A DNA stretch of 64,000 nucleotides from Octopus vulgaris (taxonomy: Eukaryota): positions 33,976,001 through 34,040,000 of the forward strand of contig OX597836.1 of the NCBI GenBank assembly GCA_951406725.2, given 5' to 3'. This document shows positions 11,880 to 29,070 of the stretch, one piece after another. The notes under the pieces were generated by a model. The model worked only from the letters and a program-made list of their open reading frames with translations, did not search any database and was not told the DNA's origin. Position numbers and translations under genes: made by a program. The first letter of the stretch is position 1, and each line of letters begins with the position of its first letter.

Positions 11880-12112
11880 TATATATTATATTGTGTGTTT
11901 GTGTTTGTGCTCTTTGACTCCCACCATCGGTTGAACACCGATATTCGTGTGTTATGTCCCCCATAACGCAAGCGGTTCAATAAAAGAGCCCGATACAATA
12001 AGTACTAGGCTTACAAAGAATAAGTCCTGGGGTCGATTTCTTCGACTAAAGGCGGTACTCCAGCATGGCCGCAGTCAAATGACTGAAACAAGTAAAAGAG
12101 AGTAAAAGAGAG
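11525..12112 (+). mobile_element. SINE family A interrupted by the 11727-11846 insert
   Basis: Head 11525-11688; tail ~11895-12112 ending GACTGAAACAAGTAAAAGAG. Confidence 0.8.
11727..11846 (-). mobile_element. Structured retroelement 3'-end fragment with (GATCACGGT)n tail
   Basis: 120-bp unique insert in (TA)n ending in a 9-nt tandem tail; predicted pseudoknot and two hairpins. Confidence 0.5.
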
Positions 12113-12119
12113 TATATGC

Positions 12120-12160
<41 letters not shown>

Positions 12161-12654
12161 AATTTTATACGTGTATATGTATTGATGTATATACTATGTA
12201 TGTATATGTATACTATATATGCTTAAATATATATACGCTTTTATATGTACACACATACACATGCACATGCACACACACACGCACACACACACACGTGAGA
12301 TTAGGCATTCATGTTTGTTGTCACACAAACAGTAAGGGCTTACAATGGCCGACCTCTGCAAATGAACATAACACGAGATTTAGTGAAATATCATCTCGTG
12401 AGGGATTTATAAGATGAAGGGGTTTCGTTTGTCTTTGTTTAATGTCTTATTTCTATCGACTTTTGTTTTTGTTTGTTTGTTCGTTATTTTTATTTCATCA
12501 TATATTTATATATTTGTAGTTTTTTTTTTTCTTCCTTTTTTTTTATATGGTTTTTGTGTTGTATTTAATATCAATCCCCTTCTTCTGCCCATCGTAACAC
12601 AAATCATAAAACCACAAGAGAAATTAAAAGTGAGAGAGAAAAAGAGGAAAAAAA

Positions 12655-15150
<2,496 letters not shown>

Positions 15151-16074
15151 ATTTGCCGATTGGTATGTTTTATGTATGTAGTCTAATGCATATAGTGGCA
15201 TATCTAAACATGCTCATATATATTTAAATGATAAACTTCTGCAAAAGTTTTACAGATCTTAACAGTTCTAGTGATGTATTGGATCTGTAGTCTTTGGATT
15301 AGATTTCTCCTTTCTGGTTTTGAGAAGCCTATTTTGTCAAGATTGGTATTTAGGTAGTGTGTTACATATCCCAGGGCCCCAATAATCTGAACTTGTAATC
15401 AAGGTAGAGTATGTATGTATGTATTTAATTATGTATTTGTAAATATATATATTTATGTATGTTTAGTTGTAGGTACGGTTTGTATGCATATGTGTACATA
15501 TGTGTGTATGCGAGTATGTACATGTGTGCATGTATGTATGCTTGTATATATACGTTTATGCATGTTTGTATGGATGTATGTATTTATGTATGTGTATGTA
15601 TATATGTATATGTGTGTCTGTGTGTTTATATTTGAATGCATGATTGTGTGTATGTATATATAACTACAAATATCACCAACAGTACAAAGGCAATATAAGA
15701 ACCGAAGTCACACATACCAACTGCGAGAACTCCAACACTAGCATAAAGAAAAAATAAATCAACGACACAGCGATAGACAATAAACTTAATGAACGACTTA
15801 CAGCAACAGACAAACATCATACAACAACTACATCACCTTATCAAATAGCATACAGACACACATAAAAATTTCTCGAAACAACATAAAACTGATACAACCT
15901 TTTAAAAAACAAACAACTCGACGGAATACATTTCAAAGAGAAGATTAACAAAAGACTATTTAAAGCTTTGATAGTGAAAGCATCCACAACTAGTCGGAGG
16001 GGTAGAACAGTTTATCTTTACACACGAACAAGGTAAGTGGTCCTCACTTTCCTGCTTATGCTTAACGCGGCCTT

Positions 16075-16750
16075 ATTTAAAATCAGCAGCGTTAATGTAC
16101 GTGGTCTTCGGTCCCCTTGGAAATAGAGCCACCTGCTGGACGGCCTCAAATCATTAAATATATATGTGGTAGCCTTCAACGAGACCATAACTTTTGAGGC
16201 ATGTGCCTTCTCGCCCACTTTCGGAAGCTATAAAGTGTACGCAACTGCAAATCAATCAAAATCAGAAGTCGGAGTAGCTGTATTGTTTTGCTATGATCTG
16301 GATCGAACGATACAGATAATTTTTCCTGTTCCAGAAAGTAGGTTGATCATCAAGTGATCATCCGTAAAGGGCATAGCTTCAGACTAGTACCCGGTTACGC
16401 TATCTAGAGATATTTCTACAAACATTCCGCACTTAAGAGCTAGAGGGTGACTGTAACACTATCTTAGATGCACACTTGGGCCTAGAGAAGTTAACTAATT
16501 GGAGAAGGAAATGCAAAAGCTTCACAAACTTGCTCAAATGTTTCCGACTCTTCTGACAGCTATCGATAAGATTTTCTGAATGTACGAATATGGATTCGGG
16601 CAACATCGTGTCGTCCAGTACATATATCTCTGTATGGAAATTTCTGTAGGCCACTAGAGCAGTTAGCGTAGGTTGTCCACGATTCGAAGTGGTTAGCTAC
16701 AGCTACCACAAACTTGTGGTCCCGGGTCAGCAAGCTTATAAAGACTGGCA
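16075..16750 (+). pseudogene. Tx1/L1-like LINE APE endonuclease relic
   Basis: FKISSVNVRGLRSPWK*SHLLDGLKSLNIYVVAFNET...GVAVL and a downstream GDCN motif; stops and frameshifts. Confidence 0.7.
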
Positions 16751-17157
16751 TATGGAATTACAAGGGTGAGTCAGAAAGTAATGCCATTTTGTTTAGGACG
16801 GTTATAATTACCAACACAGGAACATGTATAATACATCAAAATGAAGCTGGTCCTCTGTATTTCGTCTGCTGCTAAGTTCTCAGTTCAAATTCCGCCAAGG
16901 TCAACTTTGCCTTTCATCCTTTCAGGGTCGATAAATTAAGTAGCTGTTGAACACTGGGGTCGATGCAATCGCCACATCCCCTCCCCAAAATGGCTACCCT
17001 TGTGGCAATATATATATGACGAGTTTCATTTCTTCATTTCTCTGAAGAAAAGATTACATTGTTTTACACCAATTTATTCCTTTGGAATAATACCAGTGAT
17101 ATCTCCGAAAGATGTGTCGGAAGTAACAGAATTTGAATAACACCTGCGTTTAACGCC

Positions 17158-17196
<39 letters not shown>

Positions 17197-17360
17197 TAAT
17201 ATAATACAAATTGGGACAAGAATGCAAAACATCCGGACAACTAGGTGATACAAAAAGGGACAACAAAACATCCATATAGACGATACAAAAAAAAAACAGG
17301 GACGGGTCATACGAAGCCTTTTATCTTCAGTCAAGAACCGGATCATCCTCGCAATTTCGG

Positions 17361-17420
<60 letters not shown>

Positions 17421-17639
17421 TTATACACATAGGCAAACACACAAACGCACACCATACACACTCACACACACATACGTAAATATGTCTGTGTTTATATTTG
17501 TCTCACCACCAGCCTGATTGCTTGCGTTGGTTTGTTTACGTTTCCAAAAACTTAGCCGTTCTGTAATAGAGACGAATACAATGAGTACCAGGCTTAAAAA
17601 AAACAAAAAGCCAAAAAAAAAAAACGAACTAAGGCAGAT

Positions 17640-18240
17640 ATATTTCTTTATTTGCAAGGGGCTAAACACAGAGGGGACAAACAAGGAGAGACAAAGGGAT
17701 CACGTCGATTACATCGACCCCAGTGCGAAACTGGTACTTTATTTATTGACCCCGAAAGGATGAAAGGTAAAGTCAACCTCGGCGGAATTTGAACTCAGAA
17801 CGTAGCGGCAGACGAAACACCTATTTCTTTACTATCCACAAGGAGCTACACACAGAGAGGGCAAACAAGGACAGAAAAACGGATTAAGTCAATTACATCG
17901 ACCCCAGTATGTAACTGGTACTTATTTAATCGACCCCGAAAGGATGAAAGGCAAAGTCGGCCTCGGCGGAATTTGAACTCAGAACGTAACGGCAGACGAA
18001 ATACCTATTTCTTTACTACCCACAAGGGGCTAAACATAGAGGGGACAAACAAGGACAGACAAACGGATTAAGTCGATTAGATCGACCCCCGTGCGAAACT
18101 GGTACTTTATTTATCGACCCCGAAAGGATGAAAGGTAAAGTCGACTTCGGCGGAATTTGAACTCAGAACGTAACGGCAGACGAAATACAGTTAAGCATTT
18201 CGCCCGGCGCGCTAACGATTCTGCCAGCTCGCCGCTCGCC
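17640..18240 (-). mobile_element. tRNA-derived SINE family B (Nin/Deu-like core) with ~3 internal ~180-bp units
   Basis: GCCTTTCATCCTTTCGGGGTCGATAAA core repeated; TATTTCTTTA recurs at 17641, 17822 and 18006. Confidence 0.8.
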
Positions 18241-18754
18241 GCTCGAACTAAGGCAGACATGTTCAACAACAACCTTTGAAGACGCTGGCCCAATTAAAGC
18301 TACTGTCCAACAATTGAAAGAAAAGGTAAAAGAAAGATTAATCGTTTGTTTTTTTTTTCCTAAATTTTTACTTTTTTAATGAAATATTAAATAAATTTTA
18401 TATTAACCTAGTTTATTGACATAACGGAAAGAATCCGCACTAAAATATCGATCTTCATCGAAGTACTGACTCTGCTTCCGAAGCAAGGAGATCAGCTTTC
18501 GGGGAGATTTTGGTATCAGTCAAGTCAAATTTGGATCATGTTTATGGTAGCAGTATTCGCTTGCAGGAAATTCTATGCAGCAGAAATCTATAGATATTAA
18601 AATAGCAAACATATTGGGAGATTTTGGAGGAATCTGAGAAGATACACATACACACACATATACATACATACATACATACATATATACATACATACATAAT
18701 ACATACATATATACATACATACATATATACATACATACATATATATATACATAC

Positions 18755-18803
<49 letters not shown>

Positions 18804-19013
18804 TATACGTATACATACATAGGCGCATAAATGCACACACGCAAATACATATATAGATCTGTGAGATTGCCTACCTGCCTGCCCTTTTGTAATTATCTAC
18901 CTGACTATTTGTCAATTATCTATTTCAATGCCTGTCTGTCTCTCTGCCTGTCTGTCCGACTATCCATCCATCCATCCATCCATCCATCCATCCATCCATC
19001 CATCCATCCATCC

Positions 19014-19070
<57 letters not shown>

Positions 19071-19092
19071 GCTAGCTAGCTAGCTATCTATC

Positions 19093-19510
<418 letters not shown>

Positions 19511-19747
19511 TCCTTTCTCAGTAACGGCAGGATAGGTGAAGACAAAATAGCAAAGACTGAAAATCGAAACCGGCCTACAGAATTTTACAGCCACCTGTTG
19601 CTGAGTTTCACTCATTCGAGGTGGTATCAAAACGTCCTCGGACTTCTTCTATAGCGCGCCAACACATGGCAGCACACGGTTGGATGCCAACAGTGAGAGC
19701 TAGCAGTAACCTACATGACGCAGTGCGCTAAGTTGGTGAGCTGGTCT

Positions 19748-20153
19748 AAGGCGGCGAGCTGGCAGAAACGTTAGCACGCCGGGCGAAATGCGTAGCCGTA
19801 TTTCGTCTGCCGTAACGTTCTGAGTTCAAATTCCGCCGAGGTCAACTTTGCCTTTAATCCTTTCGGGGTAGATAAATTAAGTACCAGTTACGCACTGGGG
19901 TCGATATAATCGACTTAATCCATTTGTCTGTCCTTGTTTGTCCTCTCTATGTTTAGCCCCTTATGGGTAGTAAAGAAATAGGTATTTCGTCTGCCGCTAC
20001 GTTCTGAGTTCAAATTCCGCCGACGTCGACTTTGCCTTTCATCCTTTCGGGGTAGATAAATTATGCACCAGTTATGCACTGGGGTCGATGTAATCGACAT
20101 AATCCCTCTGTCTGTCCTTGTTTGTTCCCTCTGTGTTTAGCCCCTTGTGGGCA
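19748..20153 (+). mobile_element. SINE family B
   Basis: AAGGCGGCGAGCTGGCAGAA head, GAGTTCAAATTCC B-box, two internal units. Confidence 0.85.
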
Positions 20154-20513
20154 ATATATGTATGTGGGCAATATATATATGTGCTGAGAGACATCGCTGT
20201 GTTTACTTCGCAATATACAATTACACTTTTATTCTTTCACTTGTTTTAGTCTTTTGACTGCGGCCATGCTGGAGCATTTTTTTTAAATGGGTATTTATTC
20301 TATCGGTCTCTTTTGCGACAGTGCTAAGTTAAGGAGCACGGAAATGAGCAGAAAACTCGTTGTCAAGCAAGATTGGGGGACAAACAAGTAGAATAAAAAA
20401 AAAATTTAACTAAAAAATAAACTATTAATTCAGACAAATGCAAGCTAATAGGAATCTCAAAATGATTTTTCGCGTTACGTCCTTTTTGAGTTAAGCCGCA
20501 TCTTGAAACTCAT

Positions 20514-20541
20514 TTACGACGTAAGTCGAGCAAGTTCTGTA
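20514..20541. mobile_element. Putative Tc1/mariner-pogo (Tigger-like) terminal repeat; two more tandem copies at 21623-21683
   Basis: ACGACGTAAGTCGAGCAAG.TCTG|TA occurs three times, each ending CTG-TA. Confidence 0.4.
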
Positions 20542-20927
20542 TTGACAAACTGTTTAATCCGAAGCTGAGGGAATATCACATGACTAACAAAGAATGTAGC
20601 AAGGGGAGTGAACTTTTTAGAATTACAGAGAAAAAGTGGGAGAGAAGGAACGTAAGTGTGTATATATGTGTGTGTATATATATGTGCGTACATATCTATG
20701 TGCAGATGTATGTATGCATGTATATTTATTAATGTATATACATAGAATATATATTTATACATATACATATATTAATATATATATATATATATACAGAGAG
20801 AGAGGGACAGAGTGAGAGAGAGAAAGAAAGAAAGAGAGAAATAGACACATACATGTATAAACACACGCATATATGTATATACGTGTGTCTGTGTGTATAT
20901 ATATACATATATATATACACACACATG

Positions 20928-20991
<64 letters not shown>

Positions 20992-21029
20992 GTATACATA
21001 TACACATTACATGTATTTACTCATATATT

Positions 21030-21072
<43 letters not shown>

Positions 21073-21195
21073 TTATATATATATACATATAGATGCATAT
21101 ATGTATGTATATTTATATGTATGTGTGTGTATATATATATTTATATATATGTATATATGTATGTATATGCATGTATATATCTATATATCTATATA

Positions 21196-21238
<43 letters not shown>

Positions 21239-21245
21239 ATATGTA

Positions 21246-21278
<33 letters not shown>

Positions 21279-21345
21279 GTAGCGACATAACGAGAGACAC
21301 ATAGGGAGTGGTGGTGAATGAAAATGAAAGGCGTACAAAAATATT

Positions 21346-21409
<64 letters not shown>

Positions 21410-21785
21410 GGGGTGGAGTGACATGAAAAGCAAGAACGCCCTCCACTGAGCGGGTGACACTCACACTAGAAATGATGTATTGGGTGCCAAAAATAATCTT
21501 ATATGATTGTAAATTCTGAGAGAGGAATTTTGATTGAAACGCTGGACTGGTTTGCTGTAGATTTATTTGGTAAAAAGCATATGTACGTGTGTACGTTTGT
21601 ATGCATGTCTGTATGCATACATACGACGTAAGTCGAGCAAGGTCTGTATGCATACATACGACGTAAGTTGAGCAAGGTCTGTATGTTGTTATTTAGCTTT
21701 ATTTCAAGATTTCTGGCCAATAGAAAAAGAGCATGTTTCTAACCTAGATCAAAGCTCCTTCATTGGAATGTGAACAACAACAGGG

Positions 21786-22530
21786 TATGTATGTATGTAT
21801 GTATGTATGTATGTATGTATGTATGTATGTATGTATGTATGTATGTATGTATGTATGTATGTATGTATGTATGTATGTATGTATATATGTATGTAATGTA
21901 TGTATGTATGTATGTATGTATGTATGTATGCATGTATGCATGTATGTATGTATGTATGTATCTATATATGTATGTAATGTATGTATGTATGTATGTATGT
22001 ATGTATGTATGTATGTATCTATATATGTATGTAATGTATGTATGTATGTATGTATGTATGTATGTATGCATGTATGCATGTATGTATGTATGTATGTATG
22101 TATCTATATATGTATGTAATGTATGTATGTATGTATGTATGCATGTATGCATGTATGTATGTATGTATGTATGTATCTATATATGTATGTAATGTATGTA
22201 TGTATGTATGTATGTATGTATGTATGTATGTATGTATGTATGTATGTATCTATATATGTATGTAATGTATGTATGTATGTATGTATGTATGTATGTATGT
22301 ATGCATGTATGTATGTATGTATATATGTATGTATGTATGTATGTATGCATGTATGCATGTATGTATGTATGTATGTATGTATCTATATATGTATGTAATG
22401 TATGTATGTATGTATGTATGTATTATGTATGTATGTATGTATGTATGTATCTATATATGTATGTAATGTATGTATGCATGTATGCATGTATGTATGTATG
22501 TATGTATGTATGTATGTATGTATGTATATG
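21786..22530. repeat. (TATG)n array with recurring TCTATATATGTATGTAAT interruption
   Basis: Higher-order periodicity visible by eye. Confidence 0.9.
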
Positions 22531-22624
22531 TGCAGATTTGTATGTTTTGTTTGATGAAAGTATTTTCATGCATATAGTTGCATATCTAGACATGCTTAAA
22601 TGTATGTATGTCATTGTTCAGTTC

Positions 22625-23027
22625 TTGGTGAAGAGAGTGGCTGCTGGAAGACCCTCTGTTTGGCAACAGGACTCTGCACCATGCCACACAAGCAGGAGAA
22701 CCTAGTCATGGTTGTTAGACAATTTCTGCGACCACATCACTCCTAACATCTGGACAGCTAACTCTCCAGACTGCAACCATTTTGCAGATGAACCGAAAGC
22801 AAGGCTTATGGCAGCATTCACCAACTTAAACAAGGAGACAGCCCAGAAGAGTTACAGGAGATTCCGAAGTCATCTGGAGGCCATGATCGAAGCCAATTTT
22901 ATTGAATATATTTACTCTTTAGTATTTCAAGATATTTTAATGCAATTTTGGTAAATATATCTTTTAAAATAAGATGTCGGTGCTCTTTTCAGATTTGCGT
23001 AATTTAGACAATATATTCACTGTACCC

Positions 23028-23030
<3 letters not shown>
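22625..23030 (+). pseudogene. Tc1/mariner-group transposase C-terminal relic
   Basis: WQQDSAPCHTS and IWTANSPDCN motifs; internal deletion and stop. Confidence 0.75.
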
Positions 23031-23059
<29 letters not shown>

Positions 23060-23497
23060 TGTATGTATGTATGTATGTATGTATGTATGTATGTATGTAT
23101 GTATGTGTATGTATGTATGTATGAATGTATGTATGCATGCATGCATGTATGTATGTGTGTGTGTGTATATATATGTGTACGTGTGTGTATTTGTATTAAT
23201 ATGTATGCATATGCTGGAATGCAAGTAAATAAATATATTTGTATGTGTTTATGTATGTATATGTATAAATAGAAAGATATTGAGGTGGTAAGAGATAATG
23301 GTGTCATTGAGACGCAAAGGTGTCAGGTAATGCTGAATAAGTGCTATAGAAAGACCATAGTTAAGTTCCAGGTTCGGTAATTTTGCGAATAAGGGGTTCA
23401 ACGTTGGTTCTATGTCAGCGTGTGTATATAAGAATTTTTTGCGTAACCAGATAAAGAACCAAGGCTGTGTAGATATTAGAACGTTTATAGATAGAAG

Positions 23498-23549
23498 GTC
23501 TTACAGCTGTTTCCAGGATGTTTATTAATTATATTCCTTCATCGGAGAC
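23498..23549 (-). ncRNA. Hammerhead motif, CCGAUGA core
   Basis: GTCT-CCGATGA-AGGAAT..ATCCTG-GAAAC AGCT GTA-AGAC; palindromic ACAGCTGT stem III. Confidence 0.7.
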
Positions 23550-24239
23550 TGTGTGAGAGGATGGTTAAGTCATGGTTAGTTTAGATGTGATATAAAATAG
23601 AGAGTGAGGTGGAGGAAAGAAAATAGATGCAAGATATGTATGGGTATTGAATTTGTAGATCCATTTATATCTATATGTATATTGTATGCGCATGTATGTA
23701 TGTATGTATGTATGTATGTATGTATGTATGTATGTATGTGTGTGTGTGTGTGTGTGTATGTGTGTGCGTGCGTGTACACAAAGTTATGCATCTATGTTCA
23801 GATACTTATATACATGGACAGACTCATAAATTGACAAAAAAAATAATAAGAGCCGATGCTGGAAGGAGAAGCGAAAGAGAGAGAGAGAGAGAGAGGGGGG
23901 GGAGAACAAAAGAGGGTGAGAGAGAGAGAGGGAGAGAAAGAAAGAGTGAGAATAGGAGACAAGCGAGGTGGGGATGGATAAAATGAAATACAGTCTCAGA
24001 GAAGGAAGGAGTCAGTAATGCAAAAATATATATGTGTTATTAAAACTTGGTGCGACAAATATGTCTGAGATGCCGCGTCGCTATTTCTCTTTTTTTTTAT
24101 GAGGAAGGTAAAGCCTAAACGATTGCAACGGCTGTAAAATACCAAGTTGTTACGGAATTAATTATCGACTATTTATACACACACAGGTTTGGGTGCGCAT
24201 GCGCTGGGAGACAGACGATAATAATGCATAAATAAATAT

Positions 24240-24857
24240 ACTTTTCTATTCTAGGCACAAGGCCACAAATATTTGGGAAGGGAGCCAGTCGATTAGATCG
24301 ACCCCAGTGCGCAACTGGTACTTAATTTATCGACCCCGAAAGTATGAAAGTTTGAAATCGACCTCGGCGGAATTGGAAATCAGAACGTAAAGACAGATGA
24401 AATACCGCTAAGCATTTTGCCCGGCGTGCCAACGATTCATATTTCTTTATTACCCACAATAGGCTAAATATAGAGGGGACAAACAAGAACAGACAAAGGG
24501 ATTAAGTCGATTACATCGATCCCAGTGCGTTATTGGTATTCAATTTATCGACCTCGAAAGGATGAAAGGTAAAGTTGACCTCGGCGGAATTTGAACTCAG
24601 AACGTAGCGGTAGGCGAAATACCTATTTCTTTACTAACCAAAAGGGTCTAAACACAGAGGGGACAAACAAGGACAGACAAACGGATTAAGTCGATTATAT
24701 CGACCCCAGTGCGTAACTAGTACTTATTTAATCGACCCCGAAAGGATGAAAGTCAAAGTCGACCTCGGCGGAATTTGAACTCAGAACGTATCGGCAGACA
24801 AAATACCGCTAAGCATTTCGCCCGGTGTGCTAGCGATTGTGCCAGCTCGCCGCCTTA
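24240..24857 (-). mobile_element. SINE family B multimer
   Basis: Three repeats of the family B core. Confidence 0.8.
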
Positions 24858-24904
24858 TGCATAAATAAATATAGAACAAGAAATATAGAACACACACACA
24901 CACA

Positions 24905-24970
<66 letters not shown>

Positions 24971-25009
24971 TATAGGTTGTTATATGCTTGCTTCTTGCTT
25001 TTGCTTGAT

Positions 25010-25240
25010 GTGGTTGGGGTCATCCAAGGTTAGTGATTCCATAGGCGTCATCATGCATAGAACTGACCTGGTCCAGCAGTGCTCGACATCGGTGGGTGGG
25101 TGGGGGGCCTGTGCCAGCATCCTCCAAAGTGAAGTCGTGCCTCTGGAGATCTTCCTTAATCGCGTTGGGCCATCTAGTGCGGGGCCTGTCCCAATGCCTC
25201 TTCCAGCTGCGTTGAATGAAAGTAAAGACTTCGTAGGATG
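25010..25240 (-). mobile_element. RTE-like LINE 3' fragment
   Basis: WKRHWDRPRTRWPNAIKEDL resembles the RTE ORF C-terminal GRP..RW.D.I..DL motif. Confidence 0.55.
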
Positions 25241-25331
25241 ATCTAACAGGAGTCAGAGGACACACACACACAGACAGACTAACACACACTCACACACACA
25301 CACACACACACACATACACACATACACACAG

Positions 25332-25364
<33 letters not shown>

Positions 25365-25409
25365 GAGGCGTCATCATACGTAGAGCTGACAAGGTCCACC
25401 CAAGTCCCA

Positions 25410-25648
25410 TGTGGGTAGCACAACAAGGCCGTTACACGTTGCTTCAAAGAACGCCGCCTGAACACGAGAGCCTCCTCCTGCAAAAATCATCTAGACAGAT
25501 GCCGGAACACCGACAAAAGGATAACAGTCACAAGTGATGCTAATGAAAGAAATTTGGGTAATCTAAGAATTAAGGAAGCTATACTCATACGCAGACTAGG
25601 GCCCCAAATTAACAACAGGCTGGAGGTTGGTAATCAATATATTATTTA
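25410..25648 (+). pseudogene. Second PLE lineage: GIY-YIG C-terminal fragment
   Basis: VGSTTRPLHV/FKERR...NLRIKEAILIRRLGPQINNR* with one frameshift. Confidence 0.7.
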
Positions 25649-25944
25649 GCTACATCTGGATGCATGTAGGTCCATTTTTGATAACATGTTCATGCATTGC
25701 TTATAACAAAAAAAAAAGAGGAAAAAAAGGAAAAACAAAAGGGAAGCTGCACGTATAACACATAACTTAGAAGAAGCGCTAAGGATGTGTCAGCACCCAC
25801 GAGATTGAGACATGGCCGACCTGACGCACTTCTCATGAGGAATTCCGGAAGGAGATTCGTGAGACCACTGGTAACAAGCTTTCGAAAAAGCAAAGAAAAT
25901 CTGTTGGAAAACTGATTATAGTAGCGACTCCATCAATTCCTAGG

Positions 25945-25983
25945 GATATCTGAAAAAGGAATTTTATTCCGAAACGTCATATC
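25945..25983 (+). ncRNA. Hammerhead motif downstream of the GIY-YIG fragment (G8A mutated)
   Basis: GATAT-CTGAAAA-A-GGAAT TTT ATTCC-GAAAC GTC-ATATC. Confidence 0.75.
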
Positions 25984-26447
25984 AGACCAAGGATGATTAT
26001 ATTACAATAGTCATTATAGTCCATTGTTTGTATTATAGTGCATTGTTGTGTCATTCAAAATAATTTATTCTTTACAAACAATACACAATGCTTCAAGCGA
26101 ATTACAATACTCTCCTAAAGATAAAAAAAAATTCTTTATTCTAACATAGAGAGCGAGTATAGTTATTTACTAAAATTGATTACGTCACTGAATATCTAAA
26201 GAACAACGACTGCAGGCAAAAATCCTACGTTATGCTTTTATAGCTAACTAAAGAAGAAAAAAACTACAGATAATAATTCTATATAATGCTTAATAGAGAC
26301 TTGTATATTTTACGTCGCAATAATTAATTGCCTATTTAATTAATTAATCTAATAAACCCTTCTAGTGGAATTAACCATAATTTATAACAACTGAAGAAGT
26401 ATTATATTCAACGACATATACAAACACAAAGGATCTCACTGGATAAT

Positions 26448-26526
<79 letters not shown>

Positions 26527-26744
26527 CAGTATATAATATGGATTAGACATATATAAGCCTACACAGGCATTCTGATAAGTTCTGACACAATTATATTTCC
26601 CACAAACACATATACAAACACACACGTGGGTATTTGCTAAGAAAGCACTTCGACAATAGATTATTAAATAATAATAATAATGAAAAAAAATGAAGCTGTT
26701 TCTCCCCCTCTCTCCCTCCTTACAACAATAGCAGCGCAATATGC

Positions 26745-27038
26745 ATCTTCATCATCATCACCATCATCATCATCGTCATCATCATCGTCATCATCACCAC
26801 TACCACCATCACCACGACAACTACTATTATCATCATCATCACCATTATCATCATCATCATCATCACCACCACCACCACCACCACCACCACCACCACCATC
26901 ATCATCATCACCATCATCATCATCGTCATCATCACCACCACCACCACCACCACCACCACCACCACCACCACCACGATAACTACCATTATCATCATCATCA
27001 CCATTATCATCATCATCACCAAGTCCACCACCACCACC

Positions 27039-27069
<31 letters not shown>

Positions 27070-27488
27070 GCAGCAGCAGCAGCGGCGGCTACACTATCAG
27101 CAATGAAAGCAACAGTAGCGAAAGAAACGGAAAATTAATTACAATAACAAGAAGTAAAAAGAAACAAAAAAAGACACAAAAAGACACAAAAAGACACAAA
27201 AAAAGCGTTGACCACAGAAGCGAAAACAAACATAAAAACAGATGTAATTAATTTAGTAAGTATAATCATCATCATCATCGTCATGATCAATATCATCGTC
27301 ATCATAATCATCATCACCATCATCATCATCATCATCATCATCATCATGATCGTCATCATCATTGTCATCATCATCATCATCATCACTATCAACCTTCTCC
27401 TCCTCCTCGTCCACCTCACCCTCCTCCTCCTCCTCCTCCTCCTCCTCACACCACCACGACCGCCACGACGACGACCACCACCACCACC

Positions 27489-27538
<50 letters not shown>

Positions 27539-28040
27539 AATCATCCTGATCATCATCAGCATCGTCGAAGTCGTCATCATTATCGTCATCGTCATTAGCA
27601 GCATCTCTGCCGCCGCCTCCACCACCATCACGACCGACAATCACCACCACCTTCACCACCACCACCACCACCACCACCACCACCGTCACCTCCACCACTA
27701 CCACCACCACCACCACCACCACCACCACCACCACCACCACCACCACTACCACCACCACCACCACCACCACCACCTCCACCACCACCACCACCACCACCAC
27801 CACCAACAACACCTCCACCACCTCCACCACCACCACCACCACCACCTCCACCACCACCACCACCACCACCTCCACCACCACCACCACCCGCCACCACCAC
27901 CACCACCACCACCACCACCACCACCACCACCTAAAACCTCCACGACCACCACCACCATAGCCATCATCATCAAAAGCAACAATGCAACTGCGCTTAGAAC
28001 ATCAGATACTCTAATAAGAACAGGAACTACAACAACAACA

Positions 28041-28080
<40 letters not shown>

Positions 28081-28143
28081 GTAATAATAATACTAATATT
28101 ATTAATAATAATAATACTGCTGCTGCTACTTCTACTACTACAC

Positions 28144-28189
<46 letters not shown>

Positions 28190-28255
28190 CACTACTACTA
28201 TTACTACTACTACTAATACTACTACTACTTAAACTACTACTACTACTACTACATG
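26745..28255. repeat. Compound trinucleotide repeats (CAT/CAC/CTC/CTA)
   Basis: Direct inspection; source of the poly-H/V/G/M ORFs. Confidence 0.95.
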
Positions 28256-29037
28256 AACGACGACAGCTGATGACAAAGTGAGAAAACCAAAGGACATATT
28301 CCATATATAATTTAGGTATTACTGTCTGTTTTGTTTAAAACTCGGATTACAGAACTTTATGGTTTGGAAGTAAAAGAAAAAAAAAACAGCGAAAAAGAAA
28401 TTTAAAAAATACTAAACAAAAACACAAGAAAATCTCAAACACATCAAATACAGCAGATATGAAGCAAGAAACATTAATATTAGAAAGTAGAAAAAGTAGG
28501 TAGGTATTAACAAGGTAGAAAGGCTGAAAGTATGCTGGGAGGTGGTAGAAGAAAGTAGGTGGTAGTTGTGGATGGCTTGAAAGTGAAAGTAGAAAAAAAT
28601 ATGATAGAGAGAGATGTGAAAGTAAAAGTGAGGCTAGATGAATGGATAGTGAAAGTAGAGCAATAAGGAGAGGGTGGTGTTTCATAACAAGTGTTAGTGT
28701 GGCGGAGAAAAAAACTGAGTGGATTGTGAAAGATGAACGTGGGTGCGGGAGAGTGTAAGAGAAAAAAGAGCAGAAAGGAGGTGGAATCGGTAGAGGAGGT
28801 GGTAGCAGGAATCTTACAGCAGACAGTGACATGACGGTTGAAGGTGGGTGTGGATGTGTGGTGTGGAAAGATAATTATAAAAGCTGATATGTAACGTTAT
28901 TCCATTTATCGACCCTCTAAGACAATAGCATCTTTCTTAGTGTTATTTTCTATCGAGCATTATCTCTAGTGTTACACTGTCGACAACGCGATATTTATGA
29001 CATGTACATACACATACACACACACACACACACGCAT

Positions 29038-29069
<32 letters not shown>

Positions 29070-29070
<1 letters not shown>

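Noticed and set aside
26680-28304. Poly-His/Pro/Gly/Val ORFs resembling low-complexity proteins
   Set aside because: Open in several frames on both strands over trinucleotide repeats; no splice or unique coding context.
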